Assembly (NCBI GenBank): GCA_009914755.4
Contig: CP068257.2
Coordinates: forward strand, 17,984,001 to 18,048,000
Origin: the human T2T-CHM13v2.0 reference genome, Homo sapiens
Length of the DNA: 64,000 nucleotides
Reading direction: 5' to 3'
Part shown: positions 17,140 to 29,342 of the stretch, in pieces
How the letters are laid out: each line of letters starts with the position of its first letter
How positions within the stretch are numbered: the first letter of the stretch is position 1
The notes under the pieces: generated by a model
Databases searched by the model: none
Told to the model about the DNA's origin: nothing
What the model saw: only the letters and a program-made list of their open reading frames with translations
Position numbers and translations under genes: made by a program

Positions 17140-17900
17140 CAATTGCTGTATAATAAATTATTCCCAAACTTGGTGGTTTATAACAACAACATTAAGTTCT
17201 GGGGTACATGTGCAGAACGTGCAGGTTTGTTACATAGGTATACACGTGCCATGGTGGTTTGCTGCACCCATCAACCCGTCATCTACATTAGGTATTTCTC
17301 CTAATGCTATCCCTCCCTAGCCCCCCACCACCCGACAGGCCCCGGTGTGTGATGTTCCCCTCCCTGTGTCCATGTGTTCCCATTGATCAACTCCCACTTA
17401 TGAGGGAGAACATGTGGTGTTTGGTTTTCTGTTCTTGTAATAACAACAACATTATGTATCTCAGTTTCTGTGGGCTAGGAAGCCAGGTGCTACCTGGGTA
17501 CCTCTCACAAGGCTGCCTTCAAGGTGCCGGCGGAGCTAGCAATGATCACAAGACTACTGACAAAGGAGTCATTTTAAACTCGCTCACTTGATTGTCACAG
17601 GACTCAATTATTTGCAGGCTGTTCGCCAAAGTCTTTGCTTGGCCCATTAGTGCAGGTGCATTTCTACAGGACAACTCATGACACGGCTGCTGTTTCACTG
17701 GAGAGAGTAAGAGAAGACAAGAGAGAAAGAGAACAAACAAGATGAAAGTCGCAGTTTTTTATAAAGTAATCTTGCGAGTAACATCTCATAACTTTTGCTG
17801 TTTTGTATTTATTACAAGCAAGTAATTAGATCCTGCCTATACTCAAAGATAGGGTGTTACACAAGCATATGAATATCAGGGATGGATACCACTGGGAGAC
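17140..17900 (+). mobile_element. MLT1-like ERVL-MaLR LTR, interrupted by an L1 fragment. The 3' extent is uncertain.
   Basis: tgctgtataataaattattcccaaacttggtggtttataacaacaacatta, then the L1 insert, then taacaacaacattatgtatctcagtttctgtgggctaggaagccaggtgc...ctctcacaaggctgccttcaaggtgccggcggagctagcaatgatcacaagactactgacaaaggag. This matches the start of MaLR LTRs (..caaattaccacaaacttagtggcttaaaacaacacaaatttattatctcacagttctg...). Confidence 0.5.
17195..17440 (-). mobile_element. L1 LINE 3'-terminal fragment of about 245 bp (ORF2 C-terminus/3'UTR, reverse complement). It has no poly-A and is flanked by a 14-bp direct repeat.
   Basis: agttctggggtacatgtgcagaacgtgcaggtttgttacataggtatacacgtgccatggtggtttgctgcacccatcaacccgtcatctacattaggtatttctcctaatgctatccc...acttatgagggagaacatgtggtgtttggttttctgttcttg is the reverse complement of the L1PA 3' end (gggatagcattaggaga...acaaacctgcacgttctgcacatgtaccc). 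It is flanked by a perfect taacaacaacatta at 17181-17194 and again at 17441-17454. Confidence 0.8.
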
Positions 17901-18733
17901 ATTTCAGAAGCTGCCCGAGAGATATTATTAATTTGAGAAAGTTAGCTTTATGGATTTAAGAAAGCACAGAATAATGTTCCCATGATTGTATGAAAGCGGC
18001 TTTATTTTTTAAAAGTGGTCCAAGGATTTTATTCCAAGCACTTCATATTTTTTTCTTGATTTATTAAAAAGAAATTGCTGATGAGTTCTCTGCCACTCAT
18101 TGAAAGTTCTTTTTTCTTTTGATCAGATTAATAAATTACTTACAGAGTTCAAGATGATATTTATTTAGTGATAAGCATGTAGAATTTTCTTTCTAGTCTC
18201 AATCATGAAGTTGAGAATCCATTTATACTTCTATTTATTATTTTTCTTTTCTTGTTATTTACTTGCCGCTATTTATTTCAAACTGCAGAACTCACTTTAC
18301 GAAGTTGCAGTTGGCTTTTGTGGCAAACATATTAAACTCAACTTAGTACCATGAGTTGAAGAAAATTTATTTTGATCTCAGAAGTAAAAATCAAACCTCT
18401 AATACACATAAAAAGCTGTAAAATTTTGCAGCAGTATACTTTTTAAATAAAAGAAGCCTCACTAAACTAGATGAATTAACTTTTATAATATGGACTGGAC
18501 GGATTGCTTTTCTATTTCCAAATAGTAGACTCATTAAGAGAATACTGAAAATGCACTTCACACATACGAGAATCTCAGAGGAGGACAATAGAATGTAGAA
18601 GCCAATAATTTTAGCAATCACAATATTCAACATATGAAAATCAGGAAAAATGTTTAATTTAAAAATATACATAAAATGAACAAAAACATGTAATCGGAAA
18701 GCATAAAAAATATAATCTGGTTGTTTGAGTAGT

Positions 18734-19095
18734 TTATATGGTTTTGCTGTGCCCCACCCAAATCTCATCTTGAATTGTAGCTCCCATAATTCTCCTGGGT
18801 TGTGGGAGAGACACAGTGGGAGGTAGTTGAATCATGGGGTCGGGTCTTTCCAGTGCTGTTCTTTTGAGAATGAATAAGTCTCGTGAGATCTGATGGTTTG
18901 ATAAGGGGCTTTTCCCCCTTTTGCTCGGCACTTCTTCCTGCGATCATGTGAAGAAGGACGTGTTTGCTTCTCTTTCCATCATGATTGTCAGTTTCCTGGG
19001 GCTTCCCAAACCATGCTGAACTGTAAGTCAATTAAATCTCTTTTCTTTATAAATTATCAAGTCTTGGGTATGTCTTCATTAGCAGACTAATACAG
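18734..19095 (+). mobile_element. THE1/MST-type ERVL-MaLR solo LTR
   Basis: ttatatggttttgctgtgccccacccaaatctcatcttgaattgtagctcccataattctcctgggttgtgggagagacacagtgggaggtagttgaatcatggggtcgggtctttcc...ttataaattatcaagtcttgggtatgtcttcattagcagactaatacag. This is near-consensus THE1/MST LTR sequence with no internal sequence attached. Confidence 0.8.
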
Positions 19096-19098
19096 TAG

Positions 19099-19436
<338 letters not shown>

Positions 19437-20590
19437 TTCCCTTCTCAAATTTTTGAAAAACTCTTCTAAATTTAAATGTTGCTGGAAGAGTAAATATATT
19501 AATGAGTAGTAAATAAAATAGCTTACCTACTTTAAAGTCAGGTGACTTTTACTTTATGTTTGTTTTGAATGTCATGTTTATTTTATATTATGGAGCATAT
19601 AATATATTGACTGTGTTATTGAGATAATAATTTTGGATATGTTGTCAGTATATAGTGAGACAAGGTAATAAAATCACTGCCATGAAGCTCTCTTCCACAA
19701 AATCTCAACAAAAGTAGGATACAGTATTGAGGAGACAAATTATTATTTTTATTTCCATTTCCATTTATAGTGGGACAGTTTTATTCTATTATTTTTATTT
19801 ATAATTAGATGAGTAATCTAGGGTTACTGTAAAAATATTAGATGGTGCAAATACAAAGGAAGAAAAATATTTTCAACATTACACTCACCAGCAAGAGATA
19901 ACCACAATTAACATTTTGATTCATATACTCCCATAGTGCATTCAGTACAAATATATACCTATCTATTTCTATTTCATAACTAAACTTTGTCCTTTATGAT
20001 TTCCTACTCTGACCATACATAGGATCGTAAGGCCCATGTTTGCTCTTCTTCGGAATTGTCCTGGCTAATTCTCTCTCCCCACCCATAACTCAGCAGAATT
20101 TATGGGCAAAAATGTGAGTGGATACCAAATATAAAAGTTGTATTTATATATTATCAATATGTGGAATTACCCACATTAATAATTATATCATAAATAACAA
20201 AGTGAATCTTTAACTGCTTTTGCAAGTTTACTATAATATTTAGATGTAACCTTCAGGGAAATCTTGCAAAGTATTGCTATTTTACTCTCCTGTAACAAAT
20301 TACCACAAATGTACCAGTGTAAAACTACACATATTTATTATCTAAGAATTTCACTGAGAGATGAAATTTGGGGGGCTACCTTTAAATTCTGTCTAACAAA
20401 ATTAAAGGCCTTCAAAGAAACAGTTAAAATACTTAAGTGTTTAACTGAAGGGTTATATTACTGTGATTTACTGTACTTTAAAAAAAAAAAGACAGATATA
20501 TAAAGATAAGACAGATTTAGATAGTTTTTTGCTTTATTGAGTAAAATAAGTTTCAATTCCAGAGAAAAATATCTGTAATTATACTCACAG

Positions 20591-20650
20591 TGTATATATA
20601 TGTACATAAGTGCATGTATATGTGTGTGTATGTAAAAATACATATATATT
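20591..20650. repeat. Imperfect (TG)/(TA) simple repeat
   Basis: gtgtatatatatgtacataagtgcatgtatatgtgtgtgtatgtaaaaatacatatatattc. Confidence 0.6.
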
Positions 20651-23639
20651 CTTCCTATATAAATGAATGAATTAGAAATGCCAGGCTTTTACAAATCACA
20701 AAAGTTATTTCTGTAATATTTTCATATTTTAGTTGAATTATGGCAATGGTGTAATGTGTCACACAAAATATAAAATTGGTATGATATAAAACACTAATTA
20801 CGTATAAAGCCTGTTGTGTACCCATTGTATTTATAAAACAAATAAAGTTTAGTAAGGAATAACCAATTTATCTTTACTATGGCATGAATAATTTGATTTG
20901 TTAATATAATTGTAGTGAGAAATTTATTGAAATACAAATGTTGTAAGTCAAATTCTAATATGCCTTTATTTGTAATATTATATATATAATTTACCATATA
21001 TATAAAACTTAAATTCTATCTATATCTATATTTATATAAAATTCAACATCACCTTGGCACTAAGTAAATCACACTGTGAATGTTAACCTCAATAACAGAG
21101 AAGTGCATTTTAAACTAGACTCTATTATAATAGAATATTTATACTTAAATAGCCCTTTCAATCTTACTGTCCTCTTTTGGGAACATTCATCATAGATATT
21201 TAATTTTAAAGTCCATCTAATGCAATTTCCTAATTTATTAGAAGTGGAAACTGGGCCCTGTTTTAGAAATGTTAGGTGTCTTGCCATTGGCACTTACTAA
21301 TGGATGATGGAAGTAGGATAAGACAGGCCCTCCTAACTCCAGGCTCTCTGCTCTTTCCCCCACCATTAAATGACCTTCCCTGCTTTGATGCTAATTCTAA
21401 TACAAAGGTTCTCATTCTTGATTTGAAAAGCTATTGGAATTATGTATACTAGTAATGTAACATGTAACACTGAATTAATACTGCACTTTTTCAGAGTTCC
21501 CCAGCTGCCACACGCATTTTGTATGAATCCTGTGATAAATTTGAGCTTTGAGCTTGCTAACTTTAAACATGTCAAACATCAATATTTTTGTCAAAGTTAA
21601 GTTTTAGAAAATAGTAAGACAAAGACTCTATCAGATGTGCACATAACTCTAGTTAAAATATTATTTACAGCAGTCAAAAATTAGACATAACCATAATGTT
21701 CTTTAAACTGGTGTTTGAATAATGGAGGAATAAATTGAGCAAATTATTCAAATATTTCACAACAAATTATTGCCTGGAAGTCTTATAAGCTTTGAGATAA
21801 AATTATGTGCACTCTGTCCTCACTGGGCTGACAATTTAGCAGAGAGGATACAAACAGGAAATAGCCATCTAATAAAGTTGGGTCAGCCAATCTAAACTAA
21901 CTGGACTCATTTGAGATTGGAAATTACAATATAAGCTCCTAAGAAAAGTAAATATGAAGGTCCCAGCAAGGAAAGAAGAAACTAGGAAATTTTATCACTT
22001 GTTACATGGTAAAAGGCTTACAGCTCATGAAGAATATTCACATCCATATTTGAGGAGTTTGGATTTTATCCTAAAATAAAAGAGAAACAATAAAGGATTT
22101 TAACAAGAAAGAACCATACGTTTTTAGAAAAGTTTCTCTGGCTGCATAGGGAAGCATAAATCAGAGAGTAATTGGATGGCACACCAGTTAAGTTCTGGTA
22201 TTAATTTTAGATAGAAGTTGTCTTTGAAAACGCTGATGCTGTTGTGGGCCCAGAAGGGTAGTTAGATTCAAGTCCTCTGATCATTACTGAGAAGGAAGGG
22301 CCAAGTTCACCTTCCAGGTTTCACCATGGGCTACTGAGTTTATCATAGTATTATTCACTGAGATTAGGAACTCAGAATAAACAATGCACTAGAAAGGTAA
22401 GATGAATTTTTATAGGTAACTCACACCAACTTTTCTCAAACAGAAATCATCCATGTAGATTTATAGGAGGATGTTGAGGGAACTTTGGGGTAATGTCACT
22501 ATTAAAAGATAAGTTATAAAAGTTCATTGACCTAGAATCAGGCTAAAGATGTAGTGACATAAAATTTTGCATATCTATAGCTATAATATGAAAAGGTCTG
22601 AGAAAATAGACAATGTATTAACAATATTTATGTTAGGTAGCATATGTTTTATGATATTCACTATTATTATATTTAATTTTAAGTTCTGACCACTTTGTGA
22701 TCTCGTAAAAAAAAAGTATTAAAACAACTTTGTTAATTAGAAACTCTGCTTTTCTGTACTTATAAAAATAATTAAACCTGAAGCTTGATATTTTTGTCTT
22801 ACCTTGCTGTTTTTCATTATTCTAATTTCATTTTGATAGCATCACATGTATATTTTGCAGAGTACTATATACTTGTAATAACACTACTTACTTCTTCCTC
22901 TAGGAAATATTAACTGTACTTCCAGTTTTTGTTTTATATATTTTTCATAATGGCATTTATTTTATTGTCAATTAACATCACTCTCCACCCGTGGTATTAA
23001 ATATGTAGTTTTTAAATATGCTGTATCTTTTCTTGGAAACATTTAAGAGTCACAGTCCTCTGCAACAATTCCCAATGTTATCTACAAGTAGACGATTTTC
23101 AAAGGGAATCTACATATACATGTTAGATAAGTTGTTAAAGCTTTTCACCATGCACAGAAAAAAAAACTACTCAATTCCAATGTCTAAAGTACAGATAATA
23201 TATAATAAATTAATCAATGTGGTGACAAAACAGTTGAAGCAGGTAACAAAGGAAAAAAAGTCAAACATCCTAGAGTAAGCTTAGTTTGAGTAATCAGCGA
23301 ATAGAAATATTATGTGATCATAATTATGCTTTTAGGGATGTATAATCATTTAAGGACATGTTTCAATAAGTCATATCATTTGTATATCAATGCAATAATT
23401 TATGTTTCATAAAAATTTGAAGGACAGTATTAGAGACTAAAGTTAAAATACTATGCTTCTAAATAAAACTGGAAAATTTAATGTCTTGGCAAAGTCTTTA
23501 CGAATATTTGTCTCTGGGAGAATATTCTAACTACAGGATCATGAATGAACTGGAAGAATGAACAAAAGTAATGCCCCAGACATGACCCTCAACGAATGAA
23601 AAATAGGATATAATGGATAAATGGCTTCTATTAGTTCCT

Positions 23640-24030
23640 CTTAGTGCTATAAAACTTTACCACAAATTTAACCACTTAAAGTAACAGAAATTTATCATAT
23701 AGTGCTGTAGGTCGGAACTGCAAAATTCTTCTCACTGGGCTGAAATCAACATTTCTCAGGGCTGTTTTCCTTCTGGAGGCTCTAGGGGATATTCTGTAGC
23801 TTTCTCTTTTCCAGATTCTAAAGGCTGCCTGCGTTTCCTGGTTTGTGGCCCCCTTGCATCTTCATAGCCATCAATGCCTAGCTGACACATTCTCATGATG
23901 CCATACGGATTATTTGTCTGTGAGAGAATTTCTTGAAGAGATCAGCATTTGGATCAGTAGACTGGGTAAACATGATCACCCTCACCAATACAGGCAGGCA
24001 TCATCCAACCCACTGAAGGCCTGAATAGAA
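23640..24030 (+). mobile_element. MLT1-like ERVL-MaLR LTR fragment
   Basis: ccacaaatttaaccacttaaagtaacagaaatttatc...ctcactgggctgaaatcaacatttctcagggctgttttccttctggaggctctaggggatattctgtagctttctcttttccagattctaaaggctgcctgcgtttcctggtttgtggcccccttgcatcttcatagccatcaatg...catcatccaacccactgaaggcc. It matches MLT1 consensus blocks (ctgggctaaaatcaaggtgtc...ccttctggaggctctaggggagaatc...ttttccagcttctagaggc...attccttggctcgtggcccc...). Confidence 0.45.
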
Positions 24031-24211
24031 CAAAAAGGCAGTACTCTCAGTACTCTCAGTACTCTGGACATGTACCATTGGCTCTTCTGGTTCAGGATGC
24101 TGACTTTCTTGGTTCTCCAGTGTGCAGAGGGCACACTGTGGGACTTCTTGGCCTCCATAGTCACAGAAACCAATTCCTATAATAAGTAAATCTTTCCCTC
24201 TCTCTCCAAAT

Positions 24212-24350
24212 GTATATATAAAAATATAATATATAATATAGTATAATATATAATATAATTATATAATATATACTATATAATTATATATTACATAATATAC
24301 AAATTTATATATATATATAAATTGTACACACACATATACAAATATATATC
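24212..24350. repeat. AT-rich low-complexity / (TATAA)-like simple repeat
   Basis: tatatataaaaatataatatataatatagtataatatataatataattatataatatatactatataattatatattacataatatacaaatttatatatatatataaattgtacacacacatatacaaatatatat. Confidence 0.7.
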
Positions 24351-25925
24351 TCATATTGTGTAGAATATTCTCTCAGAGACAAATATCCATGAATACTTTG
24401 CCAAGTACTGGAACTATCTGCAGCGTACTGACAATCTCTCTTACATGCCCTTTTAGGTCTTCTGGCCCATTAAAAATATACATGTATATTTTTCTGAACC
24501 ACTTCATAGTAGGTTGCTTACCTAATACCCTTATCTCCGTAATAATTCAGTACACATTCTCTAAGAAATAATTTAATTCCTATGTAATCACAGTATGGTT
24601 CAAAATATAGTGTTCAAAATTAGAAAATATAACTTTACTGCAATACTTTTATTTAATCTCTCGGGGTTTTAAAAATGTGTTTGCCTGGGAATATCTATTT
24701 CATTTTAATTTTCCAAGGATTTTAAAAATAATATAGCATTTTTTAATTGGATTTTTTCTCCAAAATTTATGATGTCATTTGTCTGCCTTCTTGATTCCAT
24801 ACTTTCAGTTGAAATCACATCTATTTGTCTTCTTTTTGCTCCTTAAAGATAATGTGGATTTTTCATCTGGCCACTTTAAGATTTCCCCTCTGAACTGGCA
24901 TTTCGAAATTTTACTGTGCCACTCCTAGGGTTTATTTTCCTTATGACTATCCTACTTGCAGTTCATGCACCTTCTTAAGTTCATAGGTTTTGGTCTTTTA
25001 TCTACTTTGCAAAAGAATGAGTAATTCAAGAAAAATTGCTTCTGTCATTTTAGCTTTCTTTAATTAAACCACAGACATTTTCGAAGCTCAAATATATGTA
25101 TTATGAGTTTCTTAAGTATTGCAAAAACATTTTTTTCTCATGTTAAAGATTGGATGAGAAATACATAGAAAATACCATGTTTGGACTAGGGAGAATAAAG
25201 ATTTTAAAAATCTCTTTGATGTGTTTAATCCATTTCTATTTTTTTCCTCTCTTCTTTATTCTCTCTTTCTCTTTACATTTTAGTACTTTTATTTTTCTGG
25301 CATGCTTGGTAGGTTTTTTTAAAAAAAGTCTTCAATTTGTATGTAAAATTGCAGTCATTGGTTGATGTACTCTTCTTCCAGGATGGTTGAACTTTCCCCT
25401 GGCCATTATTTAGAATTCAGATGATATCTTTTGGTATCTTTGATATCACATGATATATTTGAGTTTTATGTCAAGTTTACTTATGGTTTAATCTTAGTCC
25501 AGAATATACATTTTTCTCCTAGAGCGTAACTTTACTTCTAGAGCTTACATCTTCTGGCCCCTGAAAAATGCTTCATGACTTGACCATGACATGCCCATAC
25601 TTTAATCTAGGCTCTTCAGGACAACAAGGCTCTGAAGTGTTATTTTTGAATTCCAGTTATTGTTTTTTGCTTTATTTCTGTTTTCCTTTGTACATGTCCA
25701 CCGTAAAAGTTGACAGCTCAAAGAAGATAGCAGGCATGCAGACTTTCGGCTGCACGGGGTTTTCATCACTTTAAGCCACAGTCACCTTTGTAGCTTTTTA
25801 ACTTCAACCTGTCTGTGTTACTAGGTGACACTACTGAAAGCCAAAATAAATATATATTTTCTTAGACTCTAATTGTCCACACCGGAAATGTAAATATTCC
25901 ATGTGTTAAAAAAAAGTGAATGTGC

Positions 25926-26231
25926 GGCCTTGGTGTGGTGGCTCACGCCTGTAATCCCAGCACTTTGGGAGGCCAAGGCAGGTGAATCACGAAGTCAGGA
26001 GATAGAGACCATCCTGGCTAACATGGCGAAACCCCGTCTCTACTAAAAATACAAAAAATTAGCCGGGCGTGGTGGCGGGCGCCTGTAGTCCCAGCTACTC
26101 GGGAAGCTGAGGCAGGAGAATGGCGTGAACCCGGAGGCGGAGCTTGCAGTGAGCCGAGATCGCGCCACTGCACTCCAGCCTGGGCGACAGAGGGAGACTC
26201 CGTCTCAAAATAAAGAAAGAAAGAAGGAAGG
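25926..26231 (+). mobile_element. Young Alu SINE (AluY-like) with a (GAAA)n-decorated tail
   Basis: ggccttggtgtggtggctcacgcctgtaatcccagcactttgggaggccaaggcaggtgaatcacgaagtcaggagatagagaccatcctggctaacatggcgaaaccccgtctctactaaaaatacaaaaaattagccgggcgtggtggcgggcgcctgtagtcccagctactcgggaagctgaggcaggagaatggcgtgaacccggaggcggagcttgcagtgagccgagatcgcgccactgcactccagcctgggcgacagagggagactccgtctcaaaataaagaaagaaagaaggaagg. It is CpG-rich and close to consensus. Confidence 0.9.
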
Positions 26232-26623
26232 TAAATGAGGAACATGTCTGAGTCCCAGTTCACATCCCTTCTCTCTAGAATGTGGCCCCTCACATTCTAT
26301 ATCCCTTTTATTGCTCTCTTATATCCTCTGAGTATTTTTGTGTATTTTATACGTTTTATACTTGTTTTCAGCAGAAAATTTAATTTGATTAAAAACTCAA
26401 CAGTCAGGACCCAATGTGGAAGTCCTATTTGTTAATATTTTTACCATTTTGAAAATAATTCTAACATAAAATTTATACATAAATATGAGAAAACGTTTGG
26501 GTCCTGAAAGTCCCCGTGTAGGTTAAAATTATCTTAGTTAACTATTTTAAGTTAAAACTGTCATTTAACACTTAGACAACCTTCAATAATGCAGCTTATT
26601 TGATTTTGCCTGCTCTGCAAGTA

Positions 26624-26697
26624 TTAGATTGGTGCAAAAGTAGTTGAAGTTTTTGAAAGTAATGGCAAAAACCGCAATTACTTTTGCACCAACATAA
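26624..26697. mobile_element. MADE1 (Hsmar1-derived mariner MITE), about 74 bp and palindromic, with TA target-site duplications
   Basis: ta|ttagattggtgcaaaagtagttgaagtttttgaaagtaatggcaaaaaccgcaattacttttgcaccaacataa|ta matches the MADE1 consensus ttaggttggtgcaaaagtaattgcggtttttgccatt...aatggcaaaaaccgcaattacttttgcaccaacctaa. It is flanked by TA on both sides. Confidence 0.85.
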
Positions 26698-28539
26698 TAC
26701 TAGTTACTGATGTCAAATGAAACTTTACATATTACTTAATTACAACCAATAGTAAAAGAAGTTCATGTATTTATTTAGCAGTAACCTTCAATGGTATAAA
26801 AATGTTTTAAGAAAAAGAAAAGTTAGAATTATTGATTTTGAAGTACAAATTATGAATATTAACTGGAATTATGCATTTTGATGAGAATTTCTCATGCAGT
26901 ATGGACTCATATTTAAGGTTTAATGAGTTTAAGAGTGAAAGAATGAATCTTTTATTTCAGTGAACACTGTTTGAAATTATATTTTTTCATAATAAATAAC
27001 TAAAAGCTTGCATATACACAAACATGAAAAAAGGAAATGTAACATGATTTAATATCTAATACTTGGAAATATTAGAGGAGAAAAGCCCACTTTTCTTTAG
27101 CAAAATCATTAAAGGAATTTTAGGAAGATTCATGAAAATGTAGATGAGTGACACTAAACCACAGTGTCCTTTTAAACATTTATAAGATTTTATTACTGAA
27201 GAGTCTATACTTAAGTATAGTAATAAAAATAAAAATCATTTAATTTATTGGCAGAATATATAAATGTTAAATAAAGAGACTATGACTTGGAATAATCAAG
27301 TAAATTTGCAGTTTGGCTACTTCTACCTAATACGTCTTTAAATTCTGAGCTTCATTCAAGACAGAGCATAAGGCAATTTCTTAGGTGCTCAACTTAACTG
27401 GAGAATGATTGTTTCATCTTAAACTTTAAATAAGCAATTAAAATATAAGTTTCATTCTGCCAGTATCATGGAGAATCTCTCCCATATGGACAATTAAGCC
27501 TTAAGACAAGATTATTTTATAGTTTTTGAAAGAATAATAATGGATTTTCTCAAAAGTAGACTTAACTTTCGCTTTTAACTCTTCTTTTTTTGTAATTTAG
27601 CTATATAGTTCAGAAAGTTTTTCCAAATTTATGGTAGTAGTCTTACATTCTAGTATGTTCAGAGTGGTCAAATATGCTCTTCATTTTTATAAGAAGACTA
27701 TAGTGACGAGCTATGCTAGCTTTGATGCTCCTCTCTTTTTCTTCACCTTTTATTCATTTTTTCTTCTCTTTCTAGCAACATATCACATTATTTCTTCAGT
27801 TCTGATACTTGTGGTAAAATATATTTGTGTACTGAGTAACCTATGATAAGAAATACATAACCCGGTGTGCTAGGGTGATAAGTTGTGCAAGGCGGCAGAT
27901 CAAGGAATACAATGTGTAAAGGACATCAGGGTTATTCAGGAAGAGAAATCTGTTGGGTGACGAATGGCAAGGGATGTACTCCACACAAACAAGAACTAGA
28001 GATCTCCAGAACTTAAACAGGAAATAAAATATAACTGAAATCAAGGATTCTAGAGGAATTTCAGCAACATGTCTAAGAGAGAGACACATAAGCCAATGAA
28101 TATTTCACCAAACAACCCAAAAAGGTTACCCAGGATTTGGTACCACTCGTTCAGTGTAACATGGTGTTTATCATGTAAAACATTTAAAAGGTGACGTTGC
28201 TTTTTAGGAGAATCTGTAGTTTAAAAAGAATGTAAAAGTAGCATACAAATTTATAAAGAAAAACATTTTTTTGACAAAGTAAGGAGCACTTTAGATTTAA
28301 GGAATAATGGTAATAAAAATAAAGTATAAGGCAAAGTGCTATCTCTAGCACATAATAGTTACTCTTTATTGAGAAATTTTAGAGGCTACTCAGATAAATT
28401 ATATACATTATTTCTTGTAATTTTAACAAAAAAACTATCATCACCATGTTACTAATAAAGAAACTGAGATGTTCAGAGTTTTTGTACTTTCCATAGTTAA
28501 CATTCTCCAATACATGGCTCACAGAAAAGTCTTTGCTTT

Positions 28540-28937
28540 CGTTTCTCACTCATTTGTGGAAGCTAATAATTAAAACAATTGAACTCATGGAGATAGATAG
28601 TAGAAAAATGGTTACCAGGACCTGGGAAGGGTGGTGGGGTTGGTTAATGGTTGCAAAAATATAGTAAAGTAGAATGAATAAGATCTAGAATTTGATAGCA
28701 CAATAGGGTGGCTACAGTAAACTGTAATTTAGCATCTATTTAAAAAATAACTAAAAGAGTAGAATTGGAATGTTTATAACACAAAGAAGTGATAAGTGCT
28801 TGAGGTGATGGATACTCCATTTACCCTGATGTGATTATTTCACATTGCATGCATGTATCAAACTATTTCATGCACCCCATAAATATATACCCCTACTATG
28901 TACCCATAAAAATTTTAAAAAATTAATTTTAAAAAAA
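28540..28937 (+). mobile_element. L1 LINE 3'-end fragment (older L1P/L1M-type)
   Basis: tttctcactcatttgtggaagctaataattaaaacaattgaactcatggagatagatagtagaaaaatggttaccaggacctgggaagggtggtggggttgg...gtggctacagtaaactgtaatttagc...ttcacattgcatgcatgtatcaaactatttcatgcaccccataaatatatacc is the typical L1 3'UTR terminal sequence. An A-rich stretch follows. Confidence 0.6.
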
Positions 28938-29019
28938 GTCTTTACCTTGTACTTTGTTCTGGGAAGAATCCAAATTAAGGCATTCTATTCTAGAAATATT
29001 TCTTTGAAATTCACACTCA

Positions 29020-29342
<323 letters not shown>

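Noticed and set aside
21250-21420. Possible MIR/L2-like ancient SINE/LINE fragments here and at other unique-looking stretches (for example 32650-33010 and 34010-34210)
   Set aside because: The similarity to MIR/L2 consensus was too weak to assert by eye. It is left unannotated.
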